DNA of 64,000 nt from assembly GCA_040285855.1 (NCBI GenBank), contig JAUFOQ010000010.1, positions 124,001 through 188,000 on the forward strand, written 5' to 3'. A model generated the notes under the pieces. It was given only the letters and a program-made list of their open reading frames with translations, was not told the origin of the DNA and did not search any database. Shown here one piece after another: positions 61,034 through 64,000 of this stretch. The stretch's first letter is position 1; each line of letters starts with the position of its first letter. Position numbers and translations under genes: made by a program. The stretch is from Eukaryota sp. GEM-RC1. Lineage: Eukaryota.

Positions 61034-63359
61034 TAGAGCTGTCAACGGCTTGAGCCGAATGGTTTGGCTTGTAAAATTCCAAACTGGTTCGGCTTTGGCT
61101 TGAGCCATTTGAGTAAGCCGAACCAAAGTGACAAGTCGACTTGAAGCCGAGCCAAACCGATATTTTTTCGGCTCGAATACAAAAATCCATTTTAATAATT
61201 GTTTTTATTGTAGAAACTCATCAAAAACTACTGTTCTTATAGTGCAAAGGTTGATGAGCACCTTTAGGTCTTATGAATCTAAAGAAGGAGCATATTCATC
61301 GTTTTCGTCATCACTACAATCAACTAATTCATAGCCGTCATTAAGCCAATCCTTTAGGAGCATTAACGAAGTTCGAGATTCGTCTGCAAGTTATGATCTC
61401 TTTTTGCTCTTGATGTGACCAGTAACAGAAACAACCCTTTCGCATGGAATTGAAGTAGCAGGAATGATAAGGAAATCTCTAGCCATACCTGCGAAAGTAG
61501 GATACTCCTTATTGTGACATGATTTAATTTCTAGGAATGTTAAATAGTTCAGTTCAGTTCAGTTCAGTTCAAAAAAGTGTGAACTGAACTGAACTAGTTC
61601 ATTGACTACCATGAACTGAACTGAACTAGTTCATGAACTGAACTGAACTATATGAACTGGAGCAAATATACCATTGTTTCCACAATAATGTGCCTAAGAT
61701 CAAATCAACAGGTCATCAACAAGTAAACGTAGTACTCAATAGTTGCAAAATTTAGTAAAACTTTTTGAAAAGCATATTCTAATTAGTGATGGTCTTATGT
61801 ACCATGATGTGAATATAAGTGAATTTATAAATGATACAAATGAGGCTAATACGCCATTACACTAACATTAGACATCAGTAATTAACCACGAGTGCAAGTA
61901 AACACGCGATTGAACTGAATCATCACTTAACCGGGGTCTTTTTTACATTCAATCAGTCCTGCAAGTGAAAACAAACGCTCATACGCAACACTACTGGCTT
62001 GAATTGTTTCGTCTCTCCCAATGAGTGTTAACAATCTAGGGTAGGTGTTGTGATTTAGGGTCCAATAGTGTAAAGAACTGGATGAAACGTCACAAGTAGC
62101 TTCTGTGATATACTTGTTAAACTCCGCAAACACTTGCTTTCGACGACGTTCTTCTTCCGCTTCTTCTTCCGCTTTCGGTTCTTTGCTGTAAATTTACCAT
62201 TAAGAGAGATAAATTTACCTAAGAAAAAGGTAAATTTTATCTTTAAACACTTGCCTTCTTACGAGGCTTTAAGTTGGACATTTCATAACACTGATGGGAT
62301 ACTTCATTCTGCGTTCCTTATATGTGGTGGAAAAGTACATTTTTGTGGTAATAAAAATGGAATATAATGTAAGTTCATTTAGTTCAGTTCAGTTCATGCA
62401 GGTGTGAACTGAACTGAACTAGTTCACAGAGATGAGTGAACTGAACTGAACTAGTTCACGGCTGAACTGAACTGAACTAATTAACATTCCTATTAATTTC
62501 GATTGGATATAAACTCTTGTATCTTTCCAATTCATCTTCTTCCTCCATAACCTCATGACTTTGAAGAGATTCTAAAAACATTTCCTCATCGGAATCATCG
62601 TCGTCAAAGACAGCATCAACATTACCCTCGTCTTCAACAATGACATCGTTATCAACAGCACCGTCATCGTCAATGCTATTGTTCTGTACGTTAGACCCAG
62701 CGTTTAGATGCTCTTCCCTCTTTAAATGGTACATTGCTTTAAATGTCGCAAAGTATGATTCAGTTCTCATAGCTGCTACCATATTCATCCATGCAAAACG
62801 TGGATCAAGGAACATTGATATGAAAGTTGTCATATCATACACAAAAGGATGATACTTGTTAACCAAAGGACATGTTACGTTACAAGCATTTTTCAGCCAT
62901 TCAGGTGATGACGCAGAAGGGGTGAGTATCTTTGATGTGCATTTGTCCCAGAGACTAGTGATCATCGCATATTGTAAGTATCGGGCAATAAACAAGCAAA
63001 TTCCAGACACCATATTTGCACCATTATCGGTGTTTATCGCAATGACTTTTTTCTGCTCAAATTTACGTATGATTTCCATCAACACGTTGGCTACATCGAC
63101 ACCCCGATGCGAGGAAAGTAATGATCACAATTATGAGTGCGCTACATTTGCAGCGGTATTTCTATAACTTTTTGTATTTGTTTGTACGTCTTGTGAATCG
63201 ATGTGTGTAATGAACTTGGTCAACTTGTTCATTTGCTTTTTATATTGTTCGAAGTAAGTTCAAGCCGCGGCTGAGCCGAATGGTTTGGCTTGGAGAAATC
63301 CAAACTGGTTCGGCTTTGGCTTGAGCCATTTGAGTAAGCCGAACCGTTTGACAGCTCTA
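61034..63359 (-). mobile_element. Internally deleted hAT transposon
   Basis: TIRs TAGAGCTGTCAA / TTGACAGCTCTA. 8-bp TSD GTTCTGAG at 61026-61033 and 63360-63367. Transposase remnants TDNGANM, FLDPRF and YPTFAGMARDFLIIPATSIPCER. Confidence 0.92.
61532..62492 (-). mobile_element. Second hAT element nested in the first
   Basis: TIRs TAGGAATGTTAA / TTAACATTCCTA. 8-bp TSD TTAATTTC at 61524-61531 and 62493-62500. (GAACT)n subterminal arrays and remnant YPRL...ASSVAYERLFSLAG. Confidence 0.92.
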
Positions 63360-63479
63360 GTTCTGAGTACGGTAAATGCTTCAATGAAAATTTTTTGGTT
63401 GAGTAGGTTAACGTTTGCGTTAATTCAATATTATATAAGTTGATGGACAAAAGGATCATAGTTCCTTTTTTTTTATTGA

Positions 63480-63677
63480 CAAGTTTTATTGACAGCAACA
63501 CTACAGTGTACATACGTCTAATAATCAATATCCTCAAAGTCCAGATTGCCCAACTGGAAATTTTCACCTACCTTATCCTCATAATGTCTGCCAAGAGATA
63601 ATAAAGCGCTAGATACAGAAGTCACCATACCTTTAAAGATAGCAAACACGATTCGATTATTCCAAAATCTAAGATCT
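63480..63677 (-). mobile_element. 3' end fragment of CRE-like family B
   Basis: Reverse complement of ~45775-45955. Confidence 0.75.
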
Positions 63678-64000
63678 GCTGTGGCATTAATTAATCAAAT
63701 TCTTCTGTACTTGTTTGTCAAAGAAAAACTTCCAAACAGGAATCATATCCCATTTCCCTGATTTCCAAAGAGATTGTGAAGGAACGGAAAGCAACGGAAA
63801 AAGGAATAGACGCTTTTGGACTAAGTTGATTTGGAATTTTGATAGGAGGTCTAAGAGAATCAAGCGATGCACATTCAAGACATAAAAAGGTAGTACCTTC
63901 AGACAGACAGGATTCCACAAGTTTTACTACACAGTTTGCAGATTTTTTGAAAAACACCAGGAAAAACGTCGGGGGGCAAAGGTTGAGAGTTATCTTCACA

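Noticed and set aside
61545..61660. (GAACT)n as telomeric or CRISPR repeats
   Set aside because: They are confined to the subterminal regions of a TIR/TSD-bounded hAT element.
63687..64000. Short minus-strand ORFs at the window end
   Set aside because: They have no recognisable motif and are truncated by the window edge.

Overview
AT-rich, intron-poor, gene-dense eukaryotic (protist-like) DNA. Many long genes are broken by single-base frameshifts, mostly at homopolymer runs, which I infer are long-read assembly errors. Host genes include Arl8, an AWS-SET methyltransferase, an eIF4E-like protein, glucosidase II beta, a class III cyclase, a Na/Ca-K exchanger, an MFS transporter, a RING-kinase-Sel1 protein and a divergent dynein heavy chain. 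Mobile DNA is dense: one full-length MULE with TIRs and a 9-bp TSD, five hAT-type elements with 8-bp TSDs (one nested in another), and many CRE-like non-LTR retrotransposon fragments. The standout is a ~6 kb locus at about 19.8-25.9 kb that reassembles, across frameshifts, into one polyprotein. Its order is: 32-aa tandem repeats, hydrophobic segment, 2A/StopGo-like motif (DLTADGDI-ESNPGP), Ulp1/SENP-type cysteine protease, degenerate PolB-type 3'-5' exonuclease fold, Fanzor1-like RuvC nuclease with an intact D/E/D triad, and two CCHC zinc knuckles. A multi-hairpin candidate omegaRNA follows. All family assignments come from motif recognition by eye; no database searches were run.
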